From Candidatus Aenigmatarchaeota archaeon (GTDB lineage Archaea; Aenigmatarchaeota; Aenigmatarchaeia; CG10238-14), in assembly GCA_018920345.1 (NCBI GenBank), contig JAHLMN010000007.1, positions 2 to 64,001 of the forward strand: a DNA stretch of 64,000 bases, read 5' to 3'. Positions 1 to 11,361 of the stretch are shown piece by piece. The notes below the pieces were generated by a model. It ran no database searches and was not told where the DNA came from. It saw only the letters and a program-made list of their open reading frames with translations. The stretch's first letter is position 1; each line of letters opens with the position of its first letter. Made by a program: the position numbers and the translations under genes.

Positions 1-475
1 CCTTAACTTGATACTCAGGCCTCCAATATACATATCTTTTTTTTCTAAAATTATGAGGTATGTTATAGATTTCATATTTGTTTTCAGGTATTCTTATTAT
101 TATTGGAGTGGCTGTTATAAGATTAAATTTTTTCTTTAGTTTAATGTTTACAACATCTATACTATCTATAAAAAATTCCATCTCTCCTATATTTATTGAA
201 TTTTTTTTATTAGATAAATCTGATAATTTATCAAATAAGATTTTTATAAAAACTCTATCAGGAGAAGATATTAGGAAATTTCTAGTTTCATTATCTTTTA
301 TATCACCTATTGGAAATATGTTGGAAAAACAAAAATATTTATAATCTTTCTTGTCATGAAGTATGCCATAATCTGTATCTTTTAAAAGATTATATATAAA
401 ACCTTGTGCCTTATGATAATAAGATAAATCATATTTGAAAGAACCTTTAGTTTTTAATTTTAATAATAATCTCAC
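1..475 (-). CDS. cas6: CRISPR-associated endoribonuclease Cas6, 3'-truncated by the window edge (about 158 N-terminal codons present)
   Basis: Own minus-strand translation from GTG at 475-473: (M)RLLLKLKTKGSFKYDLSYYHKAQGFIYNLLKDTDYGILHDKKDYKYFCFSNIFPIGD...NLITATPIIIRIPENKYEIY... It stays open to position 1. Matches Cas6 N-terminal hallmarks (MRxLxxL, YxxQGxIYxLL, FCFS). Not in the ORF track because it has no stop inside the window. Confidence 0.75.
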   Translation of the reverse strand, partial: MRLLLKLKTKGSFKYDLSYYHKAQGFIYNLLKDTDYGILHDKKDYKYFCFSNIFPIGDIKDNETRNFLISSPDRVFIKILFDKLSDLSNKKNSINIGEMEFFIDSIDVVNIKLKKKFNLITATPIIIRIPENKYEIYNIPHNFRKKRYVYWRPEYQVK

Positions 476-499
476 AAAAATAATATTTTTTAAAAAAAT

Positions 500-724
500 T
501 TAATAATTTCTAAAAATATATAAATTAGGCAAGTCTGGAGATTTTTCAAAAAAATATACTGTCCCAACCGATTGACCTCTTTGGCAATAAAACCCATTAT
601 CACCTATTACAACCTTACCTCCACCAACAACTTCTCTCAATAAATTTCCTGGTAACTCATTCTTGTAAATACAATCAAAAGGACAATCTTCTCTTCCATT
701 ACACTCTATAAATGCATAAAACAT
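500..724 (-). CDS. Hypothetical 74-aa Cys-containing protein between tuf and cas6
   Basis: Intact ORF on the same strand as its neighbours, with tight spacing. No recognisable family. Not ribosomal protein S10, which normally follows tuf. Confidence 0.4.
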   Translation of the reverse strand: MFYAFIECNGREDCPFDCIYKNELPGNLLREVVGGGKVVIGDNGFYCQRGQSVGTVYFFEKSPDLPNLYIFRNY

Positions 725-749
725 TAAATTAAAAAGAAAGAAAAAAGAT

Positions 750-2030
750 TTATTTCTTTAGTGGAACAACATCTAAAACAATTCCTGCTGCAACTGTTTG
801 ACCCATATCTCTAATAGCAAATCTTGCCAATTGTGGGAAATCTGATTGTTTTTCTACAACCATTGGTTTTGTTGGAACTACTCTTACTCTAGCAGCATCT
901 CCTGTTTTTATGAAATCTGGATGCTCTTGAACAACAGCACCTGTCTTTGGATCTATTTTAGCAATTATTTCTTCAATCTTACAAGCTACACTAGCTGTAC
1001 CCAAGTGGAAAACGGGGGTGTAGCCTGCTGTAATAACTGTTGGATGATTTAAAACAATAATTTGTGCTGTAAATTCTTTAGCAACTGTTGGTGGATTGCT
1101 TACATGGCCGCAGACATCGCCTCTCTTGACATCATTCTTGCCAATACCTCTTACATTAAAACCAATATTGTCTCCTGGTCTTGCTTCTGGTTGTTGTTTA
1201 TGGAACATCTCTATTGACTTTACTTCTCCTACAGCACCAGATGGCATAAAGATAACCTTGTCATTTACTTTTAAAATACCTGTTTCAACTCTTCCTACTG
1301 GAACAGTACCAACACCTGTTATGCTATAAGCATCTTGTATTGGTATTCTCAAAGGTTTGTCAATAGGTTGCTCTGGAGGTTGTATAGTTGCATCCATTGC
1401 ATCAACTAGTGTAGGCCCTTTATACCAAGGCATTTTATCTGATTTATGTACTACATTATCACCGACATAAGCTGATACTGGTACAAAAGGTATTGCATCT
1501 ACCTTATAACCAACACTTTGCAACAATTTCTTTACTTCAGCAACTATTTCGTTATATCTTTTTTCATCATAATTTGCTGCATCCATTTTATTAACAGCAA
1601 CCAAAAGTTGGTTTATACCTAAAACCTTGAGTAAGAAAGTATGCTCTCTTGTTTGCTCTTGAACACCTTCTCCTGGTTTAGCAGAAACAACTAAAATAGC
1701 TGCATCTGCTTGAGATGCACCAGTAATCATGTTTTTAACAAAATCTCTATGTCCAGGAGCATCTATGACAGTATAATAATATTTCTTGCTCTCAAATGGA
1801 GTATGCATAATATCTATTGTAACTCCTCTTTCTCTTTCTTCTTTTAGTCTATCCATAAGAAATGCAAACTCAAATGTTTCTTTCTTTAATTCTTTAGCTA
1901 ATTCTTTTAATTTTCTCATTTGATCGTCTCTAATAGCACCAGAATCATACAAAAGTCTACCTATGAGTGTGGATTTACCAGCATCTACGTGACCTGCTGT
2001 CATAATGTTGATTTTTGGTAATTCGGCCAT
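750..2030 (-). CDS. tuf: Translation elongation factor 1-alpha (aEF-1alpha)
   Basis: [10 protein letters not shown]-loop, [12 protein letters not shown] motifs. GGAGGTG Shine-Dalgarno 5 nt upstream of the ATG. Confidence 0.97.
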   Translation of the reverse strand: MAELPKINIMTAGHVDAGKSTLIGRLLYDSGAIRDDQMRKLKELAKELKKETFEFAFLMDRLKEERERGVTIDIMHTPFESKKYYYTVIDAPGHRDFVKNMITGASQADAAILVVSAKPGEGVQEQTREHTFLLKVLGINQLLVAVNKMDAANYDEKRYNEIVAEVKKLLQSVGYKVDAIPFVPVSAYVGDNVVHKSDKMPWYKGPTLVDAMDATIQPPEQPIDKPLRIPIQDAYSITGVGTVPVGRVETGILKVNDKVIFMPSGAVGEVKSIEMFHKQQPEARPGDNIGFNVRGIGKNDVKRGDVCGHVSNPPTVAKEFTAQIIVLNHPTVITAGYTPVFHLGTASVACKIEEIIAKIDPKTGAVVQEHPDFIKTGDAARVRVVPTKPMVVEKQSDFPQLARFAIRDMGQTVAAGIVLDVVPLKK

Positions 2031-2076
2031 GACTACACCTCCTACATTTATTATATCTTAAGCTTTTAAATATATT

Positions 2077-4266
2077 TCATTCAAACTTTGGAATTTCTGC
2101 AGGCAAACCTTTTCTTTGTCTTATCTTCTTTATAGTTTGATCCTGCAGCTCTTTTGGAATTCTCTCGAATATAACATCAATTAAACTATAAAAACCTTTT
2201 CCTCCTGTTGCAGATTTCAAAGCAGAATTAAATCCAAACATTTCAGATACAGGAAGCTTGCATCTTATTATTGTTACTCCTCTCTCTTCTTCCATGTCCA
2301 ATATTTGACCTCTTCTATTTTGTATTTCTTTAATAGCTCCTCCCATCATCTCACTAGGAGTATCTATTCTTATTATTTGTTTAGGCTCTAGTATAACTGG
2401 CTCTGCCTTCATCATAGCAGACATTATAGCATGACTAAAAGCTGGTAAAATTTGACCAGGTCCTCTGTGTACAGCATCTTCATGCAGCTCAGCGTTTATA
2501 AGCCTTACTACTATACCAGTGCAGGGCTCTCTTGTTTGTGGGCCATCATCCATTACGTTTCTAAAAGCTTCTTTTAATAATTCCTCAACTTCATTCAAGT
2601 ATTGAATACCTTTTGTATTGTCAATAAGCATACTTTTATTGTATATCAACCAAATGTTCTTCACTTCAGCAGGACTCATACCAAGATCTATTAATTTCTT
2701 TTGGACATCCAAATGTTTTTTCTTGAAATCAACTTCAGGTGGTATGTCACCTTTGCTTATAGCCTCTTCTATCTTTGGATCAATTGGCTCAACAGTAATA
2801 TAGAATTTATTATGCTTGTTAGGCGACTTGCCTTCAACCATAGGAGATTTAGCAGTAACAGTTTCTCTATAGACAACGATAGGTGGTGTGGTTGTGAACT
2901 CTATACCTATCTCTTTAAGCTTTCTCTCTACTTTAGCATCTAAATGTAATTCGCCTAAACCAGAAACTAGATATTCACCTGTCTCCTCATCTATCTTTAC
3001 TTTTATTGTTGTATCCTCTCTTTCAAGTTTTTTCAAGAAAGCAGTCATCTTGGCCAAATCTCCTGGATTTTTTGGCTCTATTGCTTTAGTAACAACTGGC
3101 TCAAATATGTGTGTTATCTGCTCAAATGGCTCTATTATTTGATCTGGTTTGCATATGGTTTCACCAGAAAAAGCTTCACCTAAACCAACTATACCAACAA
3201 TATTGCCAGCAACAACCTGATCTACTTGCAATCTATGCGGTCCCTTATAGATGTTGACTTGTTGAACTCTTTGTATTTTTTTCTGACCTATCAAATAAAC
3301 TTCATCTCCTGTCTTCAAAGTTCCAGAAAATATTCTAGCAGTAGCAACATAACCTGCATGAGGATCAGGCATTAGTTTTGTTACAACAGCTGCTAATACA
3401 CCATTAGGATTAACTTCAATCATATCCTTGCCCACAGGGCTTTCTAGATCACCTTTCCATATTTTCGGTATTCTATATTTCTGAGCCTCAATAGGTGATG
3501 GTAAATGAGTAATAATCATATCCAAAACAACTTTATGTAAAGGAGATATTTTTGCAAGCTCGTCTTCTTTTTCATTAATAGTATAATCAATTATGTCTTT
3601 GAATGTTATTCCATGTTTTTTCATAAATGGTACAGAAATACCCCATTTTCTTAAAGCAGAGCCAAAAGCAACAGAGCCATTTTCAACATTAACAAGCCAT
3701 TTGTTTCTAAATTCATCATCAGCATATTTTTGTATCAAGTAATTGACATCTTGTATAATTTTAGTAAACCTTTCCATCATTTGCTCTGGAGTAAGTTTTA
3801 ATTCTTTTATCAACCTATCAACTTTGTTAATGAATAAAACTGGTTTTACTCTTTCTCTTAATGATTGTCTAATAACTGTCTCTGTTTGTGGCATGACACT
3901 TTCTACTGCATCTACTAGTACTATAGACCCATCAACAGCTCTCATTGCTCTAGTAACATCACCACCAAAATCCACATGACCTGGTGTATCTATCAAATTG
4001 ATCAAATAATCCTCATTATTATATTCGTGAATCATACTAGCATTAGCAGACCATATAGTGATACCCCTCTCTTGCTCTTGAGGATCAAAATCCATAAAAA
4101 GCTGTTTACCAGCAAGTTTTTCAGAAATCATTCCTGCACCTGCTAGCAAATTATCAGAGAATGTTGTCTTACCATGATCAATATGAGCGCATGTACCAAT
4201 GTTTCTAATATATTTGGGTTTTTTCATTACCTCCAATACTCTTTCAGCCATATCTCTTTCAGCCAT
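2077..4266 (-). CDS. fusA: Translation elongation factor 2 (aEF-2)
   Basis: AHIDHGKTT, DTPGHVDF, NKVD motifs over the full length. ATG at 4266 follows an AGGTGA SD. The ORF track's alternative GTG at 4275 overlaps the rps7 stop. Confidence 0.96.
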   Translation of the reverse strand: MAERDMAERVLEVMKKPKYIRNIGTCAHIDHGKTTFSDNLLAGAGMISEKLAGKQLFMDFDPQEQERGITIWSANASMIHEYNNEDYLINLIDTPGHVDFGGDVTRAMRAVDGSIVLVDAVESVMPQTETVIRQSLRERVKPVLFINKVDRLIKELKLTPEQMMERFTKIIQDVNYLIQKYADDEFRNKWLVNVENGSVAFGSALRKWGISVPFMKKHGITFKDIIDYTINEKEDELAKISPLHKVVLDMIITHLPSPIEAQKYRIPKIWKGDLESPVGKDMIEVNPNGVLAAVVTKLMPDPHAGYVATARIFSGTLKTGDEVYLIGQKKIQRVQQVNIYKGPHRLQVDQVVAGNIVGIVGLGEAFSGETICKPDQIIEPFEQITHIFEPVVTKAIEPKNPGDLAKMTAFLKKLEREDTTIKVKIDEETGEYLVSGLGELHLDAKVERKLKEIGIEFTTTPPIVVYRETVTAKSPMVEGKSPNKHNKFYITVEPIDPKIEEAISKGDIPPEVDFKKKHLDVQKKLIDLGMSPAEVKNIWLIYNKSMLIDNTKGIQYLNEVEELLKEAFRNVMDDGPQTREPCTGIVVRLINAELHEDAVHRGPGQILPAFSHAIMSAMMKAEPVILEPKQIIRIDTPSEMMGGAIKEIQNRRGQILDMEEERGVTIIRCKLPVSEMFGFNSALKSATGGKGFYSLIDVIFERIPKELQDQTIKKIRQRKGLPAEIPKFE

Positions 4267-4271
4267 AGAAA

Positions 4272-4874
4272 TCACCTGGATGCATCTGCCTCTTTTTCTA
4301 TTCTTTCTTTCTCTTTTATAGCCTCTGATTTAGAAGCATCATTCTTGTAAGCATAAAATATTTCATCAGCAAGCTCATCTGCCATAGTTCTTTTTTTACC
4401 AAATGCCTTTCTATAAGCAGACTGGACTATTATTGACAAAGCCTGATCAACTCTTCTTTGTGGTGATGTTACAACTGCTTTTCTGACAATAGAGCCACCT
4501 ACTTGATAAGATGTTAACTCTTCGCGTAAAGCAGCATTTTCAATTGCAGTAACAAAAACTTTTATAGGATTTTCATTTGTTCTTTTTTCAAGTTTTTCAA
4601 AAACATCTTCTATTATCTTGTAAACTGTTTGAGTCTTTCCAGTATTTCTACCAGAAGTTATCAAGTGTTTTTTGCCTTTATGACCAGGTACCATCAATTT
4701 ATTAGCAAATCTTTCAATTATATTCATATTTGACTTGTGAAATTTATTTTTAGAAAATCTCCCACCTGATCTTGGAATTATAGAAGGACGTAAGCATATA
4801 TAAGGTTTTAAACCAGGATCCTTTACTTCTATACCTTCAAAAGACCATCTATTGAAAAGTTTTAGCTCAGCCAT
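4272..4874 (-). CDS. rps7: 30S ribosomal protein S7 (uS7)
   Basis: Conserved position between S12 and EF-2. Typical archaeal uS7 sequence (200 aa). GAGGT SD. Confidence 0.93.
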   Translation of the reverse strand: MAELKLFNRWSFEGIEVKDPGLKPYICLRPSIIPRSGGRFSKNKFHKSNMNIIERFANKLMVPGHKGKKHLITSGRNTGKTQTVYKIIEDVFEKLEKRTNENPIKVFVTAIENAALREELTSYQVGGSIVRKAVVTSPQRRVDQALSIIVQSAYRKAFGKKRTMADELADEIFYAYKNDASKSEAIKEKERIEKEADASR

Positions 4875-4878
4875 TTAA

Positions 4879-5304
4879 TTACCTCGTTGGTTTTTGCTTC
4901 TTTCCTTTCAAAATCTCTTTTAAAGAAACTCCATTAACTTTTACAACTTGATATTTTAAACCCCATTGTGAACCTACAGGACCACCTTGAGATCCACCAA
5001 CACCTTCAAGTAAAACTTCGTCATGCTCATTTATATGATCAATAGCATGATTTCCAGGAACAAAAGCTGTGACTTGGATATTGTTTTTTATTAGCTGTAC
5101 TCTTACAGCTTTAATTAAACCAGAAGAAGGCTGTTTTTGCTCAACTGTTCTTTTAGCTAATACAATTCCTCTAGCTTGTGGCGAACCTTCAAAAGGTTCT
5201 TTTTTCTTTAATTGAAGTTGTCTCTTCATATAATGAACATCTTTCCATCTAAACTTTTGCCTATTCCTGCGCAATCTTCTTGCCGAAAATTCTCCTCTTG
5301 CCAT
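4879..5304 (-). CDS. rps12: 30S ribosomal protein S12 (uS12)
   Basis: Basic N-terminus, archaeal uS12-like sequence ([14 protein letters not shown] region), conserved operon position. Confidence 0.95.
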   Translation of the reverse strand: MARGEFSARRLRRNRQKFRWKDVHYMKRQLQLKKKEPFEGSPQARGIVLAKRTVEQKQPSSGLIKAVRVQLIKNNIQVTAFVPGNHAIDHINEHDEVLLEGVGGSQGGPVGSQWGLKYQVVKVNGVSLKEILKGKKQKPTR

Positions 5305-5305
5305 T

Positions 5306-5719
5306 TTATTTCAGCCTCACATCATTTATGTCATGTATTCGTTTAAGTATCTCTTTTAATATTTTAAACTTTTCTCCATTTCTTCCCATTACTATACCTT
5401 TATCCTTTTTATTTATTTTTATCTCTGCTATATTTTTCCCGTCTTCTTCAAAAATTTTAACATCTTGTGCAACTGGAACAATATTTTTAATGAATTCAGG
5501 TATATCAGAAGAATATTCATATACTTTGACATGTCTACCAACTAATTTTTCAATATATTTTATTGATGATCCTCCTTTACCTATTGCTAAACCAGCTTTA
5601 CCTTCTTCAACTATATAATAAACAGTATCACCATTTTCGAAGCAATCAATAACTCTAACATTTGTTATATTTTCAAAAAGATTAAGCAATCTTATTGTCT
5701 TTGTATCAAGCTCTATCAT
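5306..5719 (-). CDS. nusA: Archaeal NusA-like transcription termination factor (two KH domains)
   Basis: KH GxxG motifs ([18 protein letters not shown]). Conserved position after rpl30e. The start at MIELD gives an ATGA overlap with the rpl30e stop, so the longer track ORF is likely an over-extension. Confidence 0.88.
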   Translation of the reverse strand: MIELDTKTIRLLNLFENITNVRVIDCFENGDTVYYIVEEGKAGLAIGKGGSSIKYIEKLVGRHVKVYEYSSDIPEFIKNIVPVAQDVKIFEEDGKNIAEIKINKKDKGIVMGRNGEKFKILKEILKRIHDINDVRLK

Positions 5720-5988
5720 TTGTCGCTCCCTTTTATTGCTAGTACACTTACTGAAAATGGCTTTCCACAAACTAGACCTAAATTGACATTGTCATTATCA
5801 AATTCTTTAACTTCCACTTTGGCTAATTTTGCATTATGTAATATTGTTTCTTTTTTATCTTTAGGCAAGTTATTTGCAATTATAATCATCTTTGGCTTTC
5901 CACTTTTAAGCATTTTAATAACTCTATTATAGCCTAAAACAACTTCGTTTGCTTTCACCTTTTCTTGTATTAAATTAACTAAACTCAT
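5716..5988 (-). CDS. rpl30e: 50S ribosomal protein L30e
   Basis: L7Ae/L30e-fold sequence ([24 protein letters not shown]). Conserved position between rpoA'' and nusA. Confidence 0.9.
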   Translation of the reverse strand: MSLVNLIQEKVKANEVVLGYNRVIKMLKSGKPKMIIIANNLPKDKKETILHNAKLAKVEVKEFDNDNVNLGLVCGKPFSVSVLAIKGSDK

Positions 5989-7115
5989 TCCTCTTCACCT
6001 ATTCTAGCTACTAACTCGAACATTCCTGTACCAACAGGCACTTGTTGATTTATCATTACATTATCAAATATTCCTTCAAACTCGTCAACTTCATTTCTTA
6101 CTGAAGCTTTAACTAGGTGTTTTATTGTTTCTTCAAAGCCAGCTCTTGATAAAACAGCTGACTGTGTACCAGCAACGCCATATCTTCCTACTGCTCTTAT
6201 CTCACCAGTCAAACTCATTATATCAGCAACAACAGTTATATGCCTTTCGTCTACATTTAAACCTTGTTGCTTTAAAGTATCATTTATTTCTTTTATCAAG
6301 ACATTTCTTGCTGCTTCTATACCTAAAACAGAAGCGACTTCATGAATATTATTAGAATAAGTTTTTGTTGAATCAACTTCTTCCATTTTCAATACATACT
6401 CTAAATTAGAGCCAAGGGTTTTTACGACCCAATTTTCACCTTCTTTAACAACTACAGCATTCTTTATGTTTTGAACACCTGTAACATATAAAGCTAAAAC
6501 CTTCTTTTTCAACTTCTCTAGCTCTTTTATAGAAGTGTCTTGTTTAGCTTGAATGACAACTGATTTTTGAGCCTCTTTAACTTCAAAACCTTTTAATGAT
6601 TTTTGAAGTCTAGCAATAATTTCTTCCATTTCGCTCTTCTTTGCCTTTTCCAAAACAATTTTTATCTTTTTATTCGTTAAATCTGTTGAAACTTCTGTAG
6701 CATAATACTTGACTTTTTTCTCCTTTATCATCTTTGCAAATTCTTCTGCCTTTTCTTTTGTGTTATATTTTTGTTTCAAATATATTGTCATCATTGGTGT
6801 TGTAGGCTCTTTTCTTGCATCAAATATTTCTATTAGTCTAGGTAAACCTAAAGTAACTTGAATACCCGCAGAAGCCGCAAAGTGATAAGTACGCATAGTC
6901 ATTTGTGTTGCTGGTTCAGAAATAGATTGAGCAGTAATAATACCTATTGCCTCTCCTGGTTGATACATGCTTTTTAAATATTCTTTTCTAACTTCCTCTA
7001 TTAGTTTTGCTTTCTGCTGTTCATTAAGCTTTTTCTTAGCACAAACAGACTCTATTTGATCTACAATTGATTTAGGTAAATCATCCAAATAATCTTTCTG
7101 CAATTTTTCCGACAT
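5985..7115 (-). CDS. rpoA2: DNA-directed RNA polymerase subunit A''
   Basis: Trigger-loop region [24 protein letters not shown] at 7115 is preceded by AAGGTGGT and overlaps the 3' end of the upstream ORF by 35 nt. Confidence 0.95.
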   Translation of the reverse strand: MSEKLQKDYLDDLPKSIVDQIESVCAKKKLNEQQKAKLIEEVRKEYLKSMYQPGEAIGIITAQSISEPATQMTMRTYHFAASAGIQVTLGLPRLIEIFDARKEPTTPMMTIYLKQKYNTKEKAEEFAKMIKEKKVKYYATEVSTDLTNKKIKIVLEKAKKSEMEEIIARLQKSLKGFEVKEAQKSVVIQAKQDTSIKELEKLKKKVLALYVTGVQNIKNAVVVKEGENWVVKTLGSNLEYVLKMEEVDSTKTYSNNIHEVASVLGIEAARNVLIKEINDTLKQQGLNVDERHITVVADIMSLTGEIRAVGRYGVAGTQSAVLSRAGFEETIKHLVKASVRNEVDEFEGIFDNVMINQQVPVGTGMFELVARIGEEE

Positions 7116-10100
7116 CAATACCACCTTTTTGTATTCTTGATGGATCCAAACCATCTTCAGCAGGCACAAATTGTATTATCTTTTTCGAAGCATCCCTAAC
7201 AGTGCCATCATATTCTACTTTTAAATCTTTTAAAGCACCTATTAATCTTCTTTCCAAATAACCACTATGTCTTGTCTTTAATGATTTATCCATAAGACCT
7301 TCTCTACTATTCATTGCATCAAAGAAGAATTCGAATGGTGTCAATCCTGTTTTATAACCATGTCTTACAAAACCTTTTGATTCTAAACTTATATCACCTC
7401 TTTCAAAATGAGGTAATGTCCTCTTATAATAGCCAATTTTTATTCTTTCACCTCTTATTGTTTCTTGGCCTAAACAAGCAATGCATTGAACCATGTTGAC
7501 TAAACTACCTCTTGCACCACTTTTAGCCATAATATAAACAGAATTTTCTTGTATACTCTTAGATACTATACTTGTAATCTCATTAAGCAAGTCGGCTAGT
7601 TTTATTTTAACTACAGATTCAAATGTTTCTCTAGGTGTTTTACCTACAATTCCTTTAATCTTACCTTTTTTGAAGTCTTTTATTAAATTATTTACATCGT
7701 CTTTTGCATCATCCAAAAGCTTGTTTATTTTTTCTATCACTTTTGGATCCACATCATAATCAGAAACAGAAACAGTAAAACCATATCTTGTCAACACTTC
7801 TAAAGATAATTTTGTAATGTTAAACAAGAACTTTCTTGCATATTCTCCACCATATACCTTTTCTATTTCATCCAATATTTTTCCTTTGAATGCACCAACA
7901 CCACTTTCATCTATGAATCCCTCTAATTGACCGTTCTTAATAACAATCTTCGTCTCACCTTTTGTGTATTCAAAATTAAAGTCTTTAGGCAAGAATAAGC
8001 TGAACAATTCTTTGCCGTCAAATTCTTTCTTGTTTGGTATTTCAACAGAAGAATCGCATGCTTTAACAATAGAAACGGCATCTTTTCTTGAAAACTTCAT
8101 TTTTGTTGTTAGTAAATACAAACCTGTAATATGATCATTTATTGCACCTATTATTACACTGCTAAATCTTGGGCTTCTAAATTGAGTAGAGACTTCTGTT
8201 AATAACTTTGTTTCTACTTGTGCTTCTTTTGTTTGTGGTATATGTAAATTCATTTCATCTCCATCAAAATCAGCGTTATAAGGTGGTGCGACAGTTAAGT
8301 TAAGTCTTAAAGTATTCCAAGGCATTACTCTAACTCTATGACCCATCATACTCATTCTATGTAAAGAAGGTTGTCTATTAAAGACTGACCAATCACCATC
8401 CTCTATCTGCTTTTCAACAACATAACCTGGCTCTAACTCTTTTATTATATCTGCCTTGTTCAACTCTGTTACTTTCTTTCTTCTTCCATCTGGTCTGTTA
8501 ACATAATTTATTGTTGGCCATTCAGGATATCTTTCTATCATTTGCTTTATCTTCTCTATATTTCTTTCATTAACAACCACTGGTACTGTTAATTCTTTAG
8601 CAACAGACAAAGGAACTCCGACTTCGTTTATATCCAAAAATGGATCAGGACTAATAACAGTTCTAGCAGAATAATTAACTCTTTTACCTATCAAATTGCT
8701 TCTAAATCTACCTTCTTTTGTCTTTAATCTTTGAGCTAGTGTCTTTAGCACTCTGCCAGATCTATGTCTAGCTGGAGGCACACCACTTATTTCATTATTC
8801 ATATAAGTAGCTACATGATATTGCAACAATTCCCACAAATCTTGAATTATAAATTCAGGCGCACCCAAATCAATATTTTCTCTTAATCTCTTGTTTATTC
8901 TAACAATATCTACAAGTTTATGCGTCAAATCATCTTCTGATCTCTCTCCTGTTTCTAAAGTGATAGAAGGTCTTACCGTAACAGGAGGTATAGGTAACAA
9001 AGTTAAAACAAAATACTCTGGTCTTGTTCCTTTTATCCCAAGATATGTACTAAGCTCAGTATCAGGTATTTTTTCTAACCTCTCTCTTACTTGAACAGGA
9101 TCTAATATATCATTATCTTCTTGATAAGTTGTTGGTTTTATGTATTTTATTTTTCCTTGTTTTTCCTTACAATATGGACATGTGTTCTTTATTAATGTCT
9201 TTAATTTCTTTAGAGATTTTTTGCCTGATTTGAATTTTTCTGCATCCTCTGGTGTTATTAAAACTTTGCCACAATTTCTACAAGTAAATCTCAAAATATT
9301 GTAAATCAATTTTGCATAATTAACATGAATAACAGGTTTTGTTAACTCTAAATGGCCAAAATGACCCTTGCATTCACCTACTGTGCCGCCACATGTTCTG
9401 CATCTCAATCCTGGATCAATAACACCCAATCTTGGATCCATTAAACCTCCTTCTATTGGATAACCTTCTTGATCATACAATTCTGTTTTGCTAATTTTGG
9501 AAGCAGATATCTTCTTTATCATTTCAGGTGTCAAAACACCAAATATTATCTTATCTATAATCGACAACTCTTCATCAACAACAACTTTTGGATATATTAC
9601 CATACTCTTCAATTCATCAAGCAATAGTTTGAATGCATAAGACATATCTATATCTACTATTTTAGAGCCACCACACATTGGACAGAATTTTTTGTTTTTG
9701 ACTCTATCGTTTATTGCCTCTACACCACAATCTTTACATATAGGGATTGAAATCTTGTCAGAATCAAATCTTTCTTTCAAAAGCAATGATGCGCCATGAG
9801 CAATCAAACAATCTTTTTCCATTTCACCTAATCTCAATCCACCCATTTTAGATTTACCTTCTGTTGGTTGTTTAGTTAATAATGTTACAGGGCCTTTTGA
9901 TCTTGAATACATCTTATTTGAAACCAGATGATCAAGTTTTTGATAATAAACACTGCCTATCAATATTTTATTCATCAATTTCTCTCCATTTCTACCATCG
10001 AACATCGTTTCTTTACCATCGTCATCATAACCATACTTCTTTAATGTTTCTCTAATTTGCTTTTCATTTAGTGGATGGAAAGCAGGACTATATAATATTT

Positions 10101-11361
10101 CTCCTGTTATTGCAGCAACTTTAGCAGAAATAATTTCTAAAAGTTGTCCTATAGTCATTCTAGATGGAATACCATGAGGATTGAAAATTATATCAGGCAC
10201 AATGCCTTCTTCAGTAAATGGCAAATCTTCTTGATTTATTATTAAACCTAATACACCCTTTTGTCCATGTCTACTTGCAAATTTGTCACCCAATTCTGGT
10301 ATTTTCAAATCTCTTACAACTACCTTTACAAGTTTGCTTCCCTCATAACTCTCTGTTATAAAAACTCTATCGACAATACCCTCGTTACAATGCTTTAATC
10401 TTACAGAAGTTTCTCTTATGTTCTCCAAACCTGTTGTGAATTGATCCAAACTACCTAAGAATCTTAATGGAGAGGATTTACCTATTAACACATCATCTTT
10501 CTTAACATATGTTTCTGGGTTGGCTATACCATCTTCAGGTAAATGTTTGTAAGCATCTTCACCTGCATATCCTCTTATACCTGGCTCTGGTATTCCAATA
10601 ATATCTTCTTGACCACCCAAATATCTCTTTTCTTCAGCTTCATAAGTTCTAAACATATATGACCAAAATAACCCTCTTTCAATAGATGATTTATTAATAA
10701 CAACAGCATCTTCCATATTATAGCCTAAAAAAGACATTAATGCGATTACAACATTGTGTCCACCAGGATGATCTTTATCATTTATTATATCATTCATATG
10801 TGTTTTTATTAAAGGCACTTGAGGATATATCATAATATTTGCCTTTGTATCAACTCTTACAGGATAGTTAAGGCTATATATGCCTATAGCTTGACCTATC
10901 ATTTTACCGCCAAAATTAACTCTATCTCCTCTATCAAATTCTGCGAAAGGAACAAGTGATGTGGCTACACCCATTATAATAGTTGGATCGAGCTCTAAAT
11001 GTGTGTGTTTTGTAGTTAAATCTTCTGGTCTTAAAGCAATTAAAGCATTCTCTTCTTCTGTTGCATCTAAATATTCTATTATACCCTGGTTAACTAAATC
11101 ACTCCATTTCATCTTTCCGGTTTCTAGAGCATTTATATGCTCTTTTGTTAGTTTTGGTTTCCCATTTTCCACAACTATTAAAGGTCTTCTAGCTCTACCA
11201 GAATCTGTAGATACCATCACAATATCAAAATGCTCTAAATAAGCAACATTAAGTTGATTAGACAACAAGCCTTTTCTTCTTTTTTCTCTCAAAGATTCTA
11301 CAAACTTTTTAGGATCTTTTACTTTGCCAAAATATCTTCCGTCAAAAAACACATCAGTCAT
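7081..11361 (-). CDS. rpoB1-rpoA1: DNA-directed RNA polymerase, fused subunit B' (C-terminal half of B) plus subunit A'
   Basis: The N-terminal ~595 aa carry B' motifs ([12 protein letters not shown], zinc ribbon CKDCG...[17 protein letters not shown]). From ~aa 600 the ORF carries A' motifs (zinc CRTCGG...[17 protein letters not shown] catalytic loop). One uninterrupted 1,426-codon ORF. Confidence 0.9.
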   Translation of the reverse strand: MTDVFFDGRYFGKVKDPKKFVESLREKRRKGLLSNQLNVAYLEHFDIVMVSTDSGRARRPLIVVENGKPKLTKEHINALETGKMKWSDLVNQGIIEYLDATEEENALIALRPEDLTTKHTHLELDPTIIMGVATSLVPFAEFDRGDRVNFGGKMIGQAIGIYSLNYPVRVDTKANIMIYPQVPLIKTHMNDIINDKDHPGGHNVVIALMSFLGYNMEDAVVINKSSIERGLFWSYMFRTYEAEEKRYLGGQEDIIGIPEPGIRGYAGEDAYKHLPEDGIANPETYVKKDDVLIGKSSPLRFLGSLDQFTTGLENIRETSVRLKHCNEGIVDRVFITESYEGSKLVKVVVRDLKIPELGDKFASRHGQKGVLGLIINQEDLPFTEEGIVPDIIFNPHGIPSRMTIGQLLEIISAKVAAITGEILYSPAFHPLNEKQIRETLKKYGYDDDGKETMFDGRNGEKLMNKILIGSVYYQKLDHLVSNKMYSRSKGPVTLLTKQPTEGKSKMGGLRLGEMEKDCLIAHGASLLLKERFDSDKISIPICKDCGVEAINDRVKNKKFCPMCGGSKIVDIDMSYAFKLLLDELKSMVIYPKVVVDEELSIIDKIIFGVLTPEMIKKISASKISKTELYDQEGYPIEGGLMDPRLGVIDPGLRCRTCGGTVGECKGHFGHLELTKPVIHVNYAKLIYNILRFTCRNCGKVLITPEDAEKFKSGKKSLKKLKTLIKNTCPYCKEKQGKIKYIKPTTYQEDNDILDPVQVRERLEKIPDTELSTYLGIKGTRPEYFVLTLLPIPPVTVRPSITLETGERSEDDLTHKLVDIVRINKRLRENIDLGAPEFIIQDLWELLQYHVATYMNNEISGVPPARHRSGRVLKTLAQRLKTKEGRFRSNLIGKRVNYSARTVISPDPFLDINEVGVPLSVAKELTVPVVVNERNIEKIKQMIERYPEWPTINYVNRPDGRRKKVTELNKADIIKELEPGYVVEKQIEDGDWSVFNRQPSLHRMSMMGHRVRVMPWNTLRLNLTVAPPYNADFDGDEMNLHIPQTKEAQVETKLLTEVSTQFRSPRFSSVIIGAINDHITGLYLLTTKMKFSRKDAVSIVKACDSSVEIPNKKEFDGKELFSLFLPKDFNFEYTKGETKIVIKNGQLEGFIDESGVGAFKGKILDEIEKVYGGEYARKFLFNITKLSLEVLTRYGFTVSVSDYDVDPKVIEKINKLLDDAKDDVNNLIKDFKKGKIKGIVGKTPRETFESVVKIKLADLLNEITSIVSKSIQENSVYIMAKSGARGSLVNMVQCIACLGQETIRGERIKIGYYKRTLPHFERGDISLESKGFVRHGYKTGLTPFEFFFDAMNSREGLMDKSLKTRHSGYLERRLIGALKDLKVEYDGTVRDASKKIIQFVPAEDGLDPSRIQKGGIDVGKIAERLFG

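Noticed and set aside
78-344. 88-aa plus-strand ORF in the supplied track
   Set aside because: It lies entirely antisense to the well-supported cas6 frame and is low-complexity (Phe/Ile/Leu/Ser-rich), as expected from reading an AT-rich gene backwards.
5306-5770. Long versions of the nusA (to 5770), rpoA'' (to 7169), P-type ATPase (to 46017) and smc (to 43290) ORFs
   Set aside because: The extended N-termini overlap upstream genes and lack conservation. Internal ATGs fit better: an SD precedes those of rpoA'' and the ATPase, an ATGA overlap marks nusA, and smc has an ATG just downstream of the track's TTG.
9540-9620. A hidden stop codon, frameshift or internal ATG separating rpoB' from rpoA'
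   Set aside because: Re-translation of this stretch shows one continuous frame (…[19 protein letters not shown]…). The only nearby ATG is out of frame and terminates after 6 codons. An assembly error cannot be excluded without reads, so this stays a finding rather than a certainty.
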